DNA of 64,000 nt from Spirochaetae bacterium HGW-Spirochaetae-3 (GTDB lineage Bacteria; Spirochaetota; Spirochaetia; Treponematales; UBA12059), in NCBI GenBank assembly GCA_002839315.1, contig PGXV01000007.1, positions 65,934 through 129,933 of the forward strand. The letters run 5' to 3'. Made by a program: the position numbers and the translations under genes. How positions within the stretch are numbered: the stretch's first letter is position 1; each line of letters opens with the position of its first letter. The notes beneath the pieces are model-generated. The model did not search any database, was not told the origin of the DNA, and worked only from the letters and a program-made list of their open reading frames with translations. This document shows, piece by piece, positions 9,802 to 19,396 of the stretch.

Positions 9802-10443
9802 ATGCTACGAATACTAGGTTTTTGTATGTTCAATCTGGTTATCGTTTCGTTCGCGGCTTGTGAGGGGACGGGCGCTAAGACCGCGTCGGCGGAGCCGACC
9901 GGATCGAGAATACTGGTCGCCTATTTTAGCATGCCGGAAAGCGCCGGTGTGGATGCGGTGGCCGGGGCGAGCCGCGTGGTCGCGGACGGAAAAGTATACG
10001 GCAATACCCAGTGGGTAGCGGACCGTATACTGGAGGCTACGGGCGGCGATCGCTTCGTTATCGAGACGGCGCAGGAGTACCCGGGCGAGCACGCGGCGCT
10101 AGTGGACCGCGGGGCTGACGAGAAGGAGCGAAACGCCCGTCCGAGACTGAAGACCAGCATCGGTACCCTGGACGCGTACGACGTCGTCTTCATCGGGTAC
10201 CCCATCTGGTGGGCCGACCTGCCGATGCCGCTGTATAGCTTCTTCGACGAGCACGATTTCAGCGGCAAGATGATCATACCCTTCTCTACGCATGGAGGTA
10301 GCGGCTTCGCGGATACCATAAGTACGATAGCCGCCTTGGAACCGAAAGCCGCGGTTGCGAGGAACGGCTTTACGGTTTCAAGAAACAGCGTCTCAAGGTC
10401 CGGCGGCGACGTGGCGGCCTGGGTTAGGGCGCAGAGGCTTTGA
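9802..10443 (+). CDS. Flavodoxin-like lipoprotein (paralog of 1509-2165)
   Basis: ATG 9802 follows AAAGGAG. It has a lipobox (VSFAAC), then ILVAYFSMPE...AYDVVFIGYPIWWADLPMPLYSFFDEHDFSGKMIIPFSTHGGS. Confidence 0.75.
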   Translation: MLRILGFCMFNLVIVSFAACEGTGAKTASAEPTGSRILVAYFSMPESAGVDAVAGASRVVADGKVYGNTQWVADRILEATGGDRFVIETAQEYPGEHAALVDRGADEKERNARPRLKTSIGTLDAYDVVFIGYPIWWADLPMPLYSFFDEHDFSGKMIIPFSTHGGSGFADTISTIAALEPKAAVARNGFTVSRNSVSRSGGDVAAWVRAQRL

Positions 10444-10489
10444 TAGCGCTTCTCGTCGCTGCGACTGCCGCCCTATCCGTCAATCCGCG

Positions 10490-11134
10490 TCAGCAATCCC
10501 GGCCTTCCGCCGTGCGTATGTCGGCGTCGGTCTCGACTATAGCCTCGATCGCGGCGCCTATCGCCGTGGCTATGCTATCCAGCGACATGGTAGGCGTGTT
10601 GACCGGCTTGCCGATGGCCTGCGACGTCATGAAGGGGACGTGTATGAAGCCCGAGCGCATGCCCGGATGGCGCGTGGCTATAGAGTGGAGCACGCAGTAC
10701 ATGATGTAGTTGCAGACGTAGGACCCGGCGGTGTACGAGACGCTCGACGGTATTCCCTTGCCGCGTATCTTCTCTACCATCGCCTTGACCGGTACCGTGG
10801 CGAAATAGGCGTTTTCGCCGCCTTCGCGTATCGTCTGGTCTATCGGCTGGTTGCCCTCGTTGTCGGCGATCCTGCCGTCGGCTATGTTCACCGCGACGCG
10901 CTCGACGCTGATGTCGAAGCGGCCGCCGGCCTGCCCGATGGACAGGACGACGTCCGGCTTATGGGCCGCGATGGCCGCCTCGACGACGGCGTCGCACTTG
11001 CCGAAGACGGTCGGGATCTCGACCTTGACGATGTCGGCCCCGGCGATGGTATCCGGGAGTAGCTTGACGGCTTCGAAGGCGGGGTTGACCGGCTCTCCGC
11101 CGAAGGGATCGAATCCGGTGACTAGGACGCGCAT
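10490..11134 (-). CDS. pcp: Pyroglutamyl-peptidase I
   Basis: MRVLVTGFDPFGGEPVNPAFEAV...SYTAGSYVCNYIMY...GFIHVP matches the peptidase C15 signature, including the catalytic Cys and His contexts. Confidence 0.92.
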   Translation of the reverse strand: MRVLVTGFDPFGGEPVNPAFEAVKLLPDTIAGADIVKVEIPTVFGKCDAVVEAAIAAHKPDVVLSIGQAGGRFDISVERVAVNIADGRIADNEGNQPIDQTIREGGENAYFATVPVKAMVEKIRGKGIPSSVSYTAGSYVCNYIMYCVLHSIATRHPGMRSGFIHVPFMTSQAIGKPVNTPTMSLDSIATAIGAAIEAIVETDADIRTAEGRDC

Positions 11135-11210
11135 TGGGTAGTTCTCCTCGTGGGTACGGTGGAAGCGACTCGCGCGGCCCCCGCCGGGGGCCGCGCGCTA
11201 GATAGATTCT

Positions 11211-12155
11211 CTATTTCGCTATGAGCATGTAGCAGATCTGGAAGGTCAGGACGAGGCCCGCGATGAGCAGCTGGTTCTTGATGACGTTGTACTTGCCCTT
11301 CATGTCGAGGATGGCGACGGGCACGATGTTGAAGTTGGCGGCCATCGGGGTGCATAGCGTGCCGCAGTAGCCGCAGGTCAGCGCGAGCATGCCTATGACC
11401 GTCGGGTTGGCGCCGTACGCGAGCACGAACGGCCCGCCGATGCCGACGGTAATGACCGTGATGGCGGCGAACGCGTTACCCATGATCATCGTGAACAGGG
11501 GCATGGCTATCGCGAATACGATGATGCCGACCGTCACGTTGCCCTCGGGGATGATCTTGCTGACGAGGCCGGCGATGACCTGCCCGACTCCCGCCTTCGT
11601 GAAGAGGGCTCCGAGCGCGGCCAGGAGCATCGGCAGCATGGACAGCGGTCCGACCATGTCGAGGAGGCGCTTGGAATCGTCGAAGAATACCTTGGGGGTA
11701 TTCTCCTTCGAGAAGAACATCAGCATGATCATCGCTACGATGACGCCTACGCCTACGCCGACGAGCGGGCTGATCTTCGTGAATACCGCGAAGAGTATGG
11801 CGAAGGTACCCATGGAAAGGGTAGGCAGGAATATCTTGTAGCCGATCTTGTCGGCCATAGCCTTGCTGAAGGCCTTGGGTACGCCGCCGGCGGGACCCGC
11901 CAGCACCTTCTTGAAGACGGCCGGTAACGCCATGATGACGACGAGGACGCCGGTGACGACGGTGGGCAACCAGCGGCCGAAGGTCAGGATGACGGCGAGC
12001 GCGATCCAGAAGACGGCCGTCGGATAGCGCGATTTGTGCTCCTTCTCGAAGAGCGTCTTGATACCGGTATATCCGGCCACTATGCCCATGAGTATATAGA
12101 GGCCCTCGAGGAGCTTGACCTTGAGCAGGATCTCGGGATTCGTGAAGAATGACAT
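11211..12155 (-). CDS. DUF979 family membrane protein
   Basis: A 314-aa polytopic membrane protein. The DUF969-DUF979-pcp gene order is a recurrent arrangement as I recall it. Confidence 0.75.
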   Translation of the reverse strand: MSFFTNPEILLKVKLLEGLYILMGIVAGYTGIKTLFEKEHKSRYPTAVFWIALAVILTFGRWLPTVVTGVLVVIMALPAVFKKVLAGPAGGVPKAFSKAMADKIGYKIFLPTLSMGTFAILFAVFTKISPLVGVGVGVIVAMIMLMFFSKENTPKVFFDDSKRLLDMVGPLSMLPMLLAALGALFTKAGVGQVIAGLVSKIIPEGNVTVGIIVFAIAMPLFTMIMGNAFAAITVITVGIGGPFVLAYGANPTVIGMLALTCGYCGTLCTPMAANFNIVPVAILDMKGKYNVIKNQLLIAGLVLTFQICYMLIAK

Positions 12156-12170
12156 GGTAGGTTCCTCCCC

Positions 12171-12845
12171 TTACTTCTTCTGGCCGTACAGCGTCTTGCT
12201 GAGCCGCTTGTCCTTGAGGTAGTACAGGACGCTGGCGACGACGAGGGCGAAGATCGCGACCGGTATCTCGACCTTCGCGAGGTCGACGAGGTTGGTCTCG
12301 TAGCCGAGGCCCTTGAGCGTGGACTGCACGAGGAGGGCGCCGGAACCGCCGATAAAGAGTACCTGGCCGAAGAACCACGTGGTGTTCTCCATGCCGGCGC
12401 TCATGCCCTTGATCTCCTCGAGGTGATCCTCGTTGGGCTCTCCGTGCTTGGTTTCTATGGCTCCCGTGGCCATCGGCATAACGACCGGCCTGACGAATCC
12501 CGCGGTTCCGCCGAGGCTTACGTTGAACGCGCCGAGGATGAGCCTCAGGACGCCGTAGGCGCCTATGACCATGCCGGCGGTGGCGTTCTTGATCTTGCCT
12601 ATCAGCTTGGCGGCCATCTCGCGGAGTCCGTTGCGCTCAAGCGTGCCCGTGACGAGCATGATGATGATGAATATGCACATACCGCGGTTGGCGACGAAGC
12701 TGGAGCCTATCGTCTGAAGTATCGCGACGAGGTCCATGCCTCCCACGAGCCCGGTTGCGAATCCGGCCACCAGGATGATCGCGATGTTGTCGAGCTTCAG
12801 GGCGAAGCCCAGAATCACGATCGCGACGCCGATTAGTTTGATCAT
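12171..12845 (-). CDS. DUF969 family membrane protein
   Basis: A 224-aa polytopic membrane protein (MIKLIGVAIVILGFALKLD...), with a strong AGGAGG RBS and its own promoter upstream. Confidence 0.75.
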   Translation of the reverse strand: MIKLIGVAIVILGFALKLDNIAIILVAGFATGLVGGMDLVAILQTIGSSFVANRGMCIFIIIMLVTGTLERNGLREMAAKLIGKIKNATAGMVIGAYGVLRLILGAFNVSLGGTAGFVRPVVMPMATGAIETKHGEPNEDHLEEIKGMSAGMENTTWFFGQVLFIGGSGALLVQSTLKGLGYETNLVDLAKVEIPVAIFALVVASVLYYLKDKRLSKTLYGQKK

Positions 12846-12887
12846 TGCTGCCTCCTAGATATCCACAAGAAATTTCAGGACAGCGGA

Positions 12888-12915
12888 ATCATACCATACT
12901 AAAATGCTTTGTCAA
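12888..12915 (-). promoter_or_regulatory. Sigma70-like promoter TTGACA-N16-TATGAT for DUF969-DUF979-pcp
   Basis: In the AT-rich 102-nt gap the minus strand reads ttgaca (12915-12910) and tatgat (12893-12888). A leader with AGGAGG follows before ATG 12845. Confidence 0.5.
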
Positions 12916-12947
12916 ATCATTGTAATCTTTTAATAAGCATCATCATC

Positions 12948-15900
12948 TCATTTGCCCTCGAGGGTCGCAGGCGGGCGCGTCCTTGTTTTCCTCGCGCTTA
13001 AACCGGCCCGGCCGACGGCCATCGACGAGCCGATACGCGGATCGGCGTCCGCGAGCAACTTGATAACGGCGAGGTCGTTCAATACGTGGGTGCGCGCGCA
13101 CAGGCCGAGGTACGCTCCCGTCGCCGTCTCGTCGGAGACCTCCGTCACGAAGCTCGACGCGGTGATCCACGGGAACCTTACCGCCGCGTAGTAGTAATCG
13201 GGCTTGTACGCGTAGGGAACCCAGTAGAAGATCATGCCCTTGTGGTATTCCGCCGGGAAGAGCCTGGGCATCCACGCGTGGGCGTACTTCTCGAAGCGCT
13301 CCCTCCATTCGGCGTTGAGCGCGCCGCACTCTCGATCGGCTCCGACGAGGTCGGCGACGGCCTCCTGGACGCCTTCGGCCAATACCCTGTTGTCGGCGTA
13401 GAGGCTATCGGTAACGTACCAGAAATAGCCGTAGAGGAGGGCCCTCGGCATCCAGAAGCCCTTGAACCACGGCGATGTATAGCCGGAGAACTGTTGGCAC
13501 CACTCGTGGCTGGGCACCCCGTGGTTGTCGGTGACGACGTCGGGGAGCCAGTCCCGCCAGACCCGCGTGAAGGCCTTCGCCTCGCCGTGTATGGTCGAAT
13601 CGTTCCAGTAGTCCTGCGCGATCTCCTTTCCCAGAGAATTGTAGCGGGCGATATGCAGTATCCATTCGGGATTGTCACCGGCCAGCTCCTGGTGGATGGC
13701 CGCTCCGTCGGGGTTCTCGAAGGGCACGACGACGATATTGACGCGGTCGGCGATTCCCGCGTACGCGGGATCGACGAGCAGGGCGCGTATCAGCGCGAAG
13801 GCCGCGTTGGTGCCCGACACCTCGTTCGCGTGATGCCTGGCGTTGACGTAATACACGGGTCGGGCCGCGATGAGCTTCGTCCTGGAAACGTAGCCGGGTA
13901 GGGACGGCAGGATCTCGATAGCGTGGATGGCCCGGCCCAGACGGCTCTCGGCTACCTGCCTTACCCGTAGTCCAGGAACCCCGGCTATCTCGTCGATGAT
14001 GCGCGCGTACTCGCCGCAGCCTATGAGGGTGTCCTCGAGGAGATCGATCGAGCGTATATCAATGGGTTCCCGTTCGGGCGGCGCGGCCGGCGGCGTAGCC
14101 TCGATCAGGCTCTCCCCGACGCGGAAGCGGATCGTCGGCAGGCCGGCCGACTTCTCCGATATCGCGAGCGCCCTCGACGATAGCAGCCGCGCGTACGAGC
14201 GTATGAACGCTTCGATCCCGCTTCCCTCCGTGCCCGTAGCCTCGACGGCGAAGCGGGGCGTGAAGGCAGACGAATCGCCGTCGTACTCGAGCGTGTCGAT
14301 CCATACGCCGACGTCGCCTTCGGCCACCGGGGCCGTGAGGCGCCTTCCCCCCGATTCTATGGCCGGTTCCGCCGAAAGCTCCCCGAGAAGCCGGAAACGC
14401 ATACGGGGAGGCCCGCTACGCTTCCGTATGACCGGCAATATGAGACCGGGCGCGTCGATGCCCTTGCCGCATGACGTAAGCCCGAGCGTCTGGAAATAAT
14501 CGAGGCCCGCGAAATATATATCCTCGTGCAACGATTCGAGCGACGAGATCCTGTCCTGCCTGATAGGCAGGGTCTCGTCGGGTTCGCTCGCGTCGATATC
14601 GAGCCTGAGCCGCGCGAAGAAAGGTTGGGCCCCAGCGTCCGCCTCGCCTCCGCAGGCGTCCTCGATGAAGCGCCTGCACGCGGGTAGTACCGACGACTGA
14701 TAGGCGGCCCATACGCTCTCCATGTCGGTACTGAATGATCCTTGCCAGGGCTCCGTACCCGGCCCTCGTACCGCGACGCGCCCGGTGCCCGGATGGGCCT
14801 TGCCTATTCCAGGGAAATCGTCCAGGTACGGGCGCTCGGAGAACGACGCCTCGTATTCGGCCTCGTAGACGGGCGTCCCGTCCGCGTTCCTCGCCGTGAG
14901 CGCATACCGTGGGCCCGCGGCCTTCTCGTATAGCGAGAAGCGCACGCTCGCCGCCGGTATGCCGAGCTCGGAGGCTATGACGTCGTCTATAGGGTAGAGC
15001 TCCTGGAGGAGCCGTACCGGCGGATCGAGCCAGGCTTCGGGGTCGTCCTTCCGTTGGGCTCCGATCTTCGGCGTCGCGCCGTCCTCGTCGGTCCAGGCCT
15101 CGCGCCCGTCCGGCAGGAACGCCGCGAAACGTATATCGACTGACGCTACGCCCCCGATGCTCGCGATCGCCGGAAGGGCGTAGTCCCGTATCCAGCTGAA
15201 TCCCTGCTTGAAGGCGCAGACGACCCGGACCTCGGGGGCGACGGCTCCCCTGGCCTCGGCTTCCCGCCGTATCTCGCGCTCCAGCTCCGAACGAGCCTCG
15301 CGGTCCTCGCCTACGACCACGTCTATTCCCGTGCCGGTCCCGGGCGCTATCCGCGGGTAGACCTCGCGGGCGAGGAGACCTCGGCAGATATCCAGTTCCC
15401 ACGGGAATTCGTACGATTCATCCTTGAGAACGACGAGATCGTGCCTGTTCTTGAAGGTCGTCGAAGGGAACGCTTCGGTTATAGCCTCTTCGCGCGTCGC
15501 GATGTCGGGTTCGCCATGGACGATCGCCTCGTCGCCGATCTCCGAACTCATCGCGCCGAGCCAGGCAAGCTGGCCATCGAGGCTTTCCATCGCGACGGCC
15601 TTGGCGATGTCGTCGCGTAGCTCGGGCCAGGAGGACCGGTCGCCGGCTTCGGGGAATCGCCGGCATAGCGTCGACGCCATATTCGCAAGGTCGGGGCCGC
15701 GGCCCGAGACGCGCACGATCCTCCGGTCCTGCCGTTTGTCTAAGGACAGGCCGCATCGGTCCGATCCCCCGATAGCGATGACGGTTCCGCAGGACCTGCC
15801 TTTTCCGTCGAGGATGGGTAGCTCGAGCCCGAGGCTCTCGATACCGAGCCGAGCCGCTATGTCGCAGGCAGCCGACAACTCGCTCTCGTCGCATGCTTCC

Positions 15901-16385
15901 GGAAGGGCGATGGTCGCGTCGATAACGTCCGGCAGGAAATCGAAGTCGGTATCCTTCAGGATGAATTCCCGCTCGAATAACGACTCGAGGCCTCGCTTCG
16001 CGGGGTAGCGCGGATACCCGCTGTCCATGATACCCGGGGGCGTCTCGCGGGCGCTCGTTTCCCCGTCACGCCTCTTGTGCTCTCCCGAGCGACGGTCCAG
16101 GCAGGAGTAGAGGGCCGCGAGCGCGTCTCGCGTCCCGTCTTCGTCCCGTAGGCGCAGCGCTATGGAAGAACCGGTCTCCGCGATGGTAAAGCCGCTATCG
16201 AGCGATTCGTCGATCGATATTCCGACGACCGTAGACCCGTCGGACGCGTCCGCCTCCGCGCCGTCGCGGAAGGACAGGACGGGGAATTCCAGCGAAAGCG
16301 AGTGGAAGCCGATGATCGCCGCGGCTTCTACCGCGCATTCCGATCCGAAACGAGGCGCATGACTGGTAATGGTTAATCTGAGCAT
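12948..16385 (-). CDS. Large cytoplasmic protein with a C-terminal M14-like zinc carboxypeptidase domain
   Basis: 1145 aa with no signal peptide. The C-terminal third shows YYVNARHHANEVSG (HxxE zinc site), VVVPFENPDGAA and VVTDNHGVPSHE (third zinc ligand context). I recognise no motifs in the first ~830 aa. Confidence 0.8.
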   Translation of the reverse strand: MLRLTITSHAPRFGSECAVEAAAIIGFHSLSLEFPVLSFRDGAEADASDGSTVVGISIDESLDSGFTIAETGSSIALRLRDEDGTRDALAALYSCLDRRSGEHKRRDGETSARETPPGIMDSGYPRYPAKRGLESLFEREFILKDTDFDFLPDVIDATIALPEACDESELSAACDIAARLGIESLGLELPILDGKGRSCGTVIAIGGSDRCGLSLDKRQDRRIVRVSGRGPDLANMASTLCRRFPEAGDRSSWPELRDDIAKAVAMESLDGQLAWLGAMSSEIGDEAIVHGEPDIATREEAITEAFPSTTFKNRHDLVVLKDESYEFPWELDICRGLLAREVYPRIAPGTGTGIDVVVGEDREARSELEREIRREAEARGAVAPEVRVVCAFKQGFSWIRDYALPAIASIGGVASVDIRFAAFLPDGREAWTDEDGATPKIGAQRKDDPEAWLDPPVRLLQELYPIDDVIASELGIPAASVRFSLYEKAAGPRYALTARNADGTPVYEAEYEASFSERPYLDDFPGIGKAHPGTGRVAVRGPGTEPWQGSFSTDMESVWAAYQSSVLPACRRFIEDACGGEADAGAQPFFARLRLDIDASEPDETLPIRQDRISSLESLHEDIYFAGLDYFQTLGLTSCGKGIDAPGLILPVIRKRSGPPRMRFRLLGELSAEPAIESGGRRLTAPVAEGDVGVWIDTLEYDGDSSAFTPRFAVEATGTEGSGIEAFIRSYARLLSSRALAISEKSAGLPTIRFRVGESLIEATPPAAPPEREPIDIRSIDLLEDTLIGCGEYARIIDEIAGVPGLRVRQVAESRLGRAIHAIEILPSLPGYVSRTKLIAARPVYYVNARHHANEVSGTNAAFALIRALLVDPAYAGIADRVNIVVVPFENPDGAAIHQELAGDNPEWILHIARYNSLGKEIAQDYWNDSTIHGEAKAFTRVWRDWLPDVVTDNHGVPSHEWCQQFSGYTSPWFKGFWMPRALLYGYFWYVTDSLYADNRVLAEGVQEAVADLVGADRECGALNAEWRERFEKYAHAWMPRLFPAEYHKGMIFYWVPYAYKPDYYYAAVRFPWITASSFVTEVSDETATGAYLGLCARTHVLNDLAVIKLLADADPRIGSSMAVGRAGLSARKTRTRPPATLEGK

Positions 16386-16390
16386 GCGCT

Positions 16391-16399
16391 ATTCTAGCA
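16391..16399 (-). promoter_or_regulatory. Extended -10 box (TGcTAGAAT) 5 nt upstream of the M14 gene ATG (leaderless candidate)
   Basis: The minus strand reads gtgctagaat agcgc ATG. Confidence 0.35.
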
Positions 16400-16586
16400 C
16401 GAGAAGGCCGGAGGGCGACCCGGCTAGTTGACATGTGTATCCGCGCTCGAACGCGAAGAGCGGTATCCGTCGTGCCGTCGCCGCTCGCCTATTCGTTCTC
16501 GCGCTATGTACGCATCGGCTTCCTCGGGTTATCCTCCTGACCCTGGGAAGCGTTTCTAAATACGTGCCGTCGTTACGAGGTGGAAT

Positions 16587-16817
16587 ATGAAAAGCGTCTA
16601 CGACGAACTCGGCGAGAGGCTCGCGCGCGAGCCGAGCGTGACGAAGCGAAGCGGGCCGAGGCAGGATATCGGCATCCTCTTGTTCGCGGAGCGCGACGCC
16701 ATCGCCGACCTCTGGAAGGCCGCGGCGCGCCGAGTCGACTCGGGCGGAGGATCGCAGGACGAGGATCTGCGCGACGCGGTCGAGCGGCTACGACCGCTCT
16801 TCGGAGAGCGGGCCTGA
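16587..16817 (+). CDS. Small hypothetical protein (76 aa)
   Basis: The ATG is preceded by GAGGTGG, and the translated composition is acidic and plausible. I recognise no family. The overlapping 299-aa ORF 16580-17479 is antisense to the SDR gene and Arg-rich. Confidence 0.35.
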   Translation: MKSVYDELGERLAREPSVTKRSGPRQDIGILLFAERDAIADLWKAAARRVDSGGGSQDEDLRDAVERLRPLFGERA

Positions 16818-16819
16818 GC

Positions 16820-17659
16820 TCAGTCCGCGTCGCCCGACTTGGCGCTCGGGCGCTTCATGAAGCGGTACGCGAACGCGGCCGACAGCTCGGGGCCGAAGAG
16901 CCAGCCGGCGAAGCGGCGGAAACGCCACAGCGGCCGCGGCATCGATATCCACTTGCCCCGGCCCGCGTCGCGGAGGCAGAGCGCCGCGGTACGGTCGGCG
17001 GACCATCCGTGCCTCACTTCAGTCCTGGCTCCCGCCGACGCGACGAGGGAGAATTCCGTGGCCACCGGTCCGGGGCACAGCGCGCATACCGATATGCCCC
17101 GCGCCTTCCATTCGGCGGCGAGCCCGACCGAGAGGCTGAGCGCGTAGGCCTTGCTGGCCGCGTATACCGCGAACCCGCCGAGCGGCGCGAACGCGGCGAG
17201 GCTCGCGACGTTCACGACGACCGATCCGTCGCCGAGCAGCGGCGAGAAGCGCGCGCACGATTCGGTCAGCGCGCGGCAGTTGAGGTCGACCTGGCCGAGC
17301 TGCCGTTCGACGCCCGCGTCGTCGAAGTCGCCGTACGTGCCGTAGCCGGCGTTGTTGACGAGGACCGACACCGTCTCGCCCGCGGCGCGTATCGCGTCGG
17401 CGATCGCCGCGACGGCCCCGGGCGCTACGAGGTCCGCGACGACGGCCTTCACCGCGAGCCCGGGCGCAGCGTCCCGTAATTCGTCGGCGAGCGCTTCCAG
17501 CCTGTCCGCCCGTCTCGCGACGAGCCACAGCCCGCCTATCTCGGGGATGCCCCTGTACCGCTCGGTTCCCGCCCGCGACGCGGCGAGAGCGCGCGCGAAC
17601 GCGGCGCCTATGCCGGAGGAAGCGCCTGTGACGAGCGCGATGCCGTGTTTTCCGTTCAT
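16820..17659 (-). CDS. SDR family oxidoreductase
   Basis: MNGKHGIALVTGASSGIGAAFARALA (TGxxxGIG), NNAG and YAASKAY (YxxxK). I trimmed from the TTG at 17695 to ATG 17659 because the TTG forms part of a TTGACA -35 box. Confidence 0.85.
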   Translation of the reverse strand: MNGKHGIALVTGASSGIGAAFARALAASRAGTERYRGIPEIGGLWLVARRADRLEALADELRDAAPGLAVKAVVADLVAPGAVAAIADAIRAAGETVSVLVNNAGYGTYGDFDDAGVERQLGQVDLNCRALTESCARFSPLLGDGSVVVNVASLAAFAPLGGFAVYAASKAYALSLSVGLAAEWKARGISVCALCPGPVATEFSLVASAGARTEVRHGWSADRTAALCLRDAGRGKWISMPRPLWRFRRFAGWLFGPELSAAFAYRFMKRPSAKSGDAD

Positions 17660-17666
17660 AGGGCCG

Positions 17667-17695
17667 ATGCTACTCGTTGGCCGGTTTTCTGTCAA
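17667..17695 (-). promoter_or_regulatory. Promoter TTGACA-N17-TAGCAT, 7 nt upstream of the SDR ATG (leaderless candidate)
   Basis: The minus strand reads ttgaca gaaaaccggccaacgag tagcat cggccct ATG. Confidence 0.45.
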
Positions 17696-17706
17696 AGGCC
17701 GCCGCG

Positions 17707-19386
17707 CTAGCCGCGACCGCCCGCGATCTCCGCGGCCCGCTCAAGCGCCGAGTCGATGTTCTCGAAGATATTGTCGGGCCCGATGCGCTCGGTAAGCCCT
17801 ATTGAATCGAGCGCCTTGCGCGGCTGCTCGAGGACGCCCGACAGGATAAGCGTCGTACCGTGCTTGGAGCAATGCGTCCTGAACGTCGCGAGCGCGTTGA
17901 TGCCGGTCGCGTCGATGGACGGCACCCGCCGCAACCTGAGTATGAAGGCCTTGGGAGCCTTCTGTACCTGTTCGAGGGCTTCCTGCAGGAGATCGGCGGT
18001 GCCGAAGAAGAAGGGACCGGATATTTCGTAGGCCTCGACGCCTTTCGGTAGCCGTAGCGGCGCCTCGCCGGCAGAGTCCGCGTCCTGCAGGTCGATAACC
18101 GGCCCGAACGCGGAGGTCTCCGATACCCGCCTGATGAACAGGAATACAGCGAGCAGGACTCCGACCTCCACGGCTACGGTCAGGTCTATGGCGACCGTCA
18201 GGCCGAAGGTGACGAGCATGACGATCAGGTCGCTCTTGGGAGCGTAGCGCATGTGGAGGAAGTGCCTTAGCTCGCTCATATCCCAGGCGACGACGAGGAG
18301 TATCGCGGACAAGGCCGTCAGCGGTATCGCGGAGGCGAGCCCCGACAGGAAGAGCGTGAAGACGAATAGGACGATCGCATGGATCATGCCCGATATGGGG
18401 GACGCGGACCCGTTCTTTATATTTGCCGCGGTCCTGGCGATGGCTCCCGTCGCCGGAATGCCTCCGAATAGCGAGGAGAGGACGTTGCCCGCGCCCTGGG
18501 CCACGAGTTCCATGTTGGCGTTGTGCCTGTCCCCTGTCATTCCGTCGGCGACGACCGCCGACAGGAGCGACTCGATGGAGCCTAATAGCGCTATGGTGAC
18601 CGCCGACGGGAATACGGCCCTTATGGTAGCCCAATCGGCGATGGGTAGTCGCATCGTCGGCAAGCCCTTGGGGATGGCGCCGTAACGCGATCCGATGGTC
18701 TCTACGGGTATCTTGAATAGATAGGTGGCGGCCGAGACCAAGGCGACGGCGACGATGGCCCCGGGTATCTTCGGCGCAAATTTTCTTAGAAGCAGTATGC
18801 ACGCGACGGTAGCCGCCCCGAGCCCGAAGGTCGGAAGGTCCAGCGTTCCGGAATACCGCGCCGCCTCGGCGATGCGGGCGAAGAACTCGGCCGGGTATAC
18901 GGGTATACTCAAGCCGAAGAAATCCTTGATCTGCCCGCCGGCTATTATGACGCCGATTCCCGTCGTGAAGCCTATCGTGACCGGATACGGTATGAACTTG
19001 ATCAGCTTGCCGAGTCCCGACGCGCCCATTATGACGAGAAGGACTCCCGCCATGGCCGTGGCGGCGATGAGTCCGTCCATACCGTGGTCGGCTATCACGC
19101 CGGCGATGATGACGACGAAGGCGCCGGTAGGTCCGGCTACCTGGTAACGGCTTCCGCCAAGCGCCGAGATGGCGAATCCGGCGATTATCGCCGTCCAGAG
19201 GCCCTGGGCCGGCGTGGCGCCGGCTCCTATCGCGAAGGCGATCGCCAAGGGAAGGGCGATGACCCCGACGGTAATCCCGGCAAAGATATCCTTGGTCAGC
19301 ATCGAGCGGGAATAGCCCGACCTGAGGATCTGGACGGACTTCGGGATGAAATCATTGATCGTGACGAACGGATTGGCTTTACTCAT
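17707..19386 (-). CDS. SulP family anion (sulfate/bicarbonate) permease with C-terminal STAS domain
   Basis: 559 aa. It carries DIFAGITVGVIALPLAIAFAIGAG, a polytopic core and a C-terminal STAS-like region (ILRLRRVPSIDATGINAL). Confidence 0.92.
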   Translation of the reverse strand: MSKANPFVTINDFIPKSVQILRSGYSRSMLTKDIFAGITVGVIALPLAIAFAIGAGATPAQGLWTAIIAGFAISALGGSRYQVAGPTGAFVVIIAGVIADHGMDGLIAATAMAGVLLVIMGASGLGKLIKFIPYPVTIGFTTGIGVIIAGGQIKDFFGLSIPVYPAEFFARIAEAARYSGTLDLPTFGLGAATVACILLLRKFAPKIPGAIVAVALVSAATYLFKIPVETIGSRYGAIPKGLPTMRLPIADWATIRAVFPSAVTIALLGSIESLLSAVVADGMTGDRHNANMELVAQGAGNVLSSLFGGIPATGAIARTAANIKNGSASPISGMIHAIVLFVFTLFLSGLASAIPLTALSAILLVVAWDMSELRHFLHMRYAPKSDLIVMLVTFGLTVAIDLTVAVEVGVLLAVFLFIRRVSETSAFGPVIDLQDADSAGEAPLRLPKGVEAYEISGPFFFGTADLLQEALEQVQKAPKAFILRLRRVPSIDATGINALATFRTHCSKHGTTLILSGVLEQPRKALDSIGLTERIGPDNIFENIDSALERAAEIAGGRG

Positions 19387-19396
19387 TGTGAAAAAT

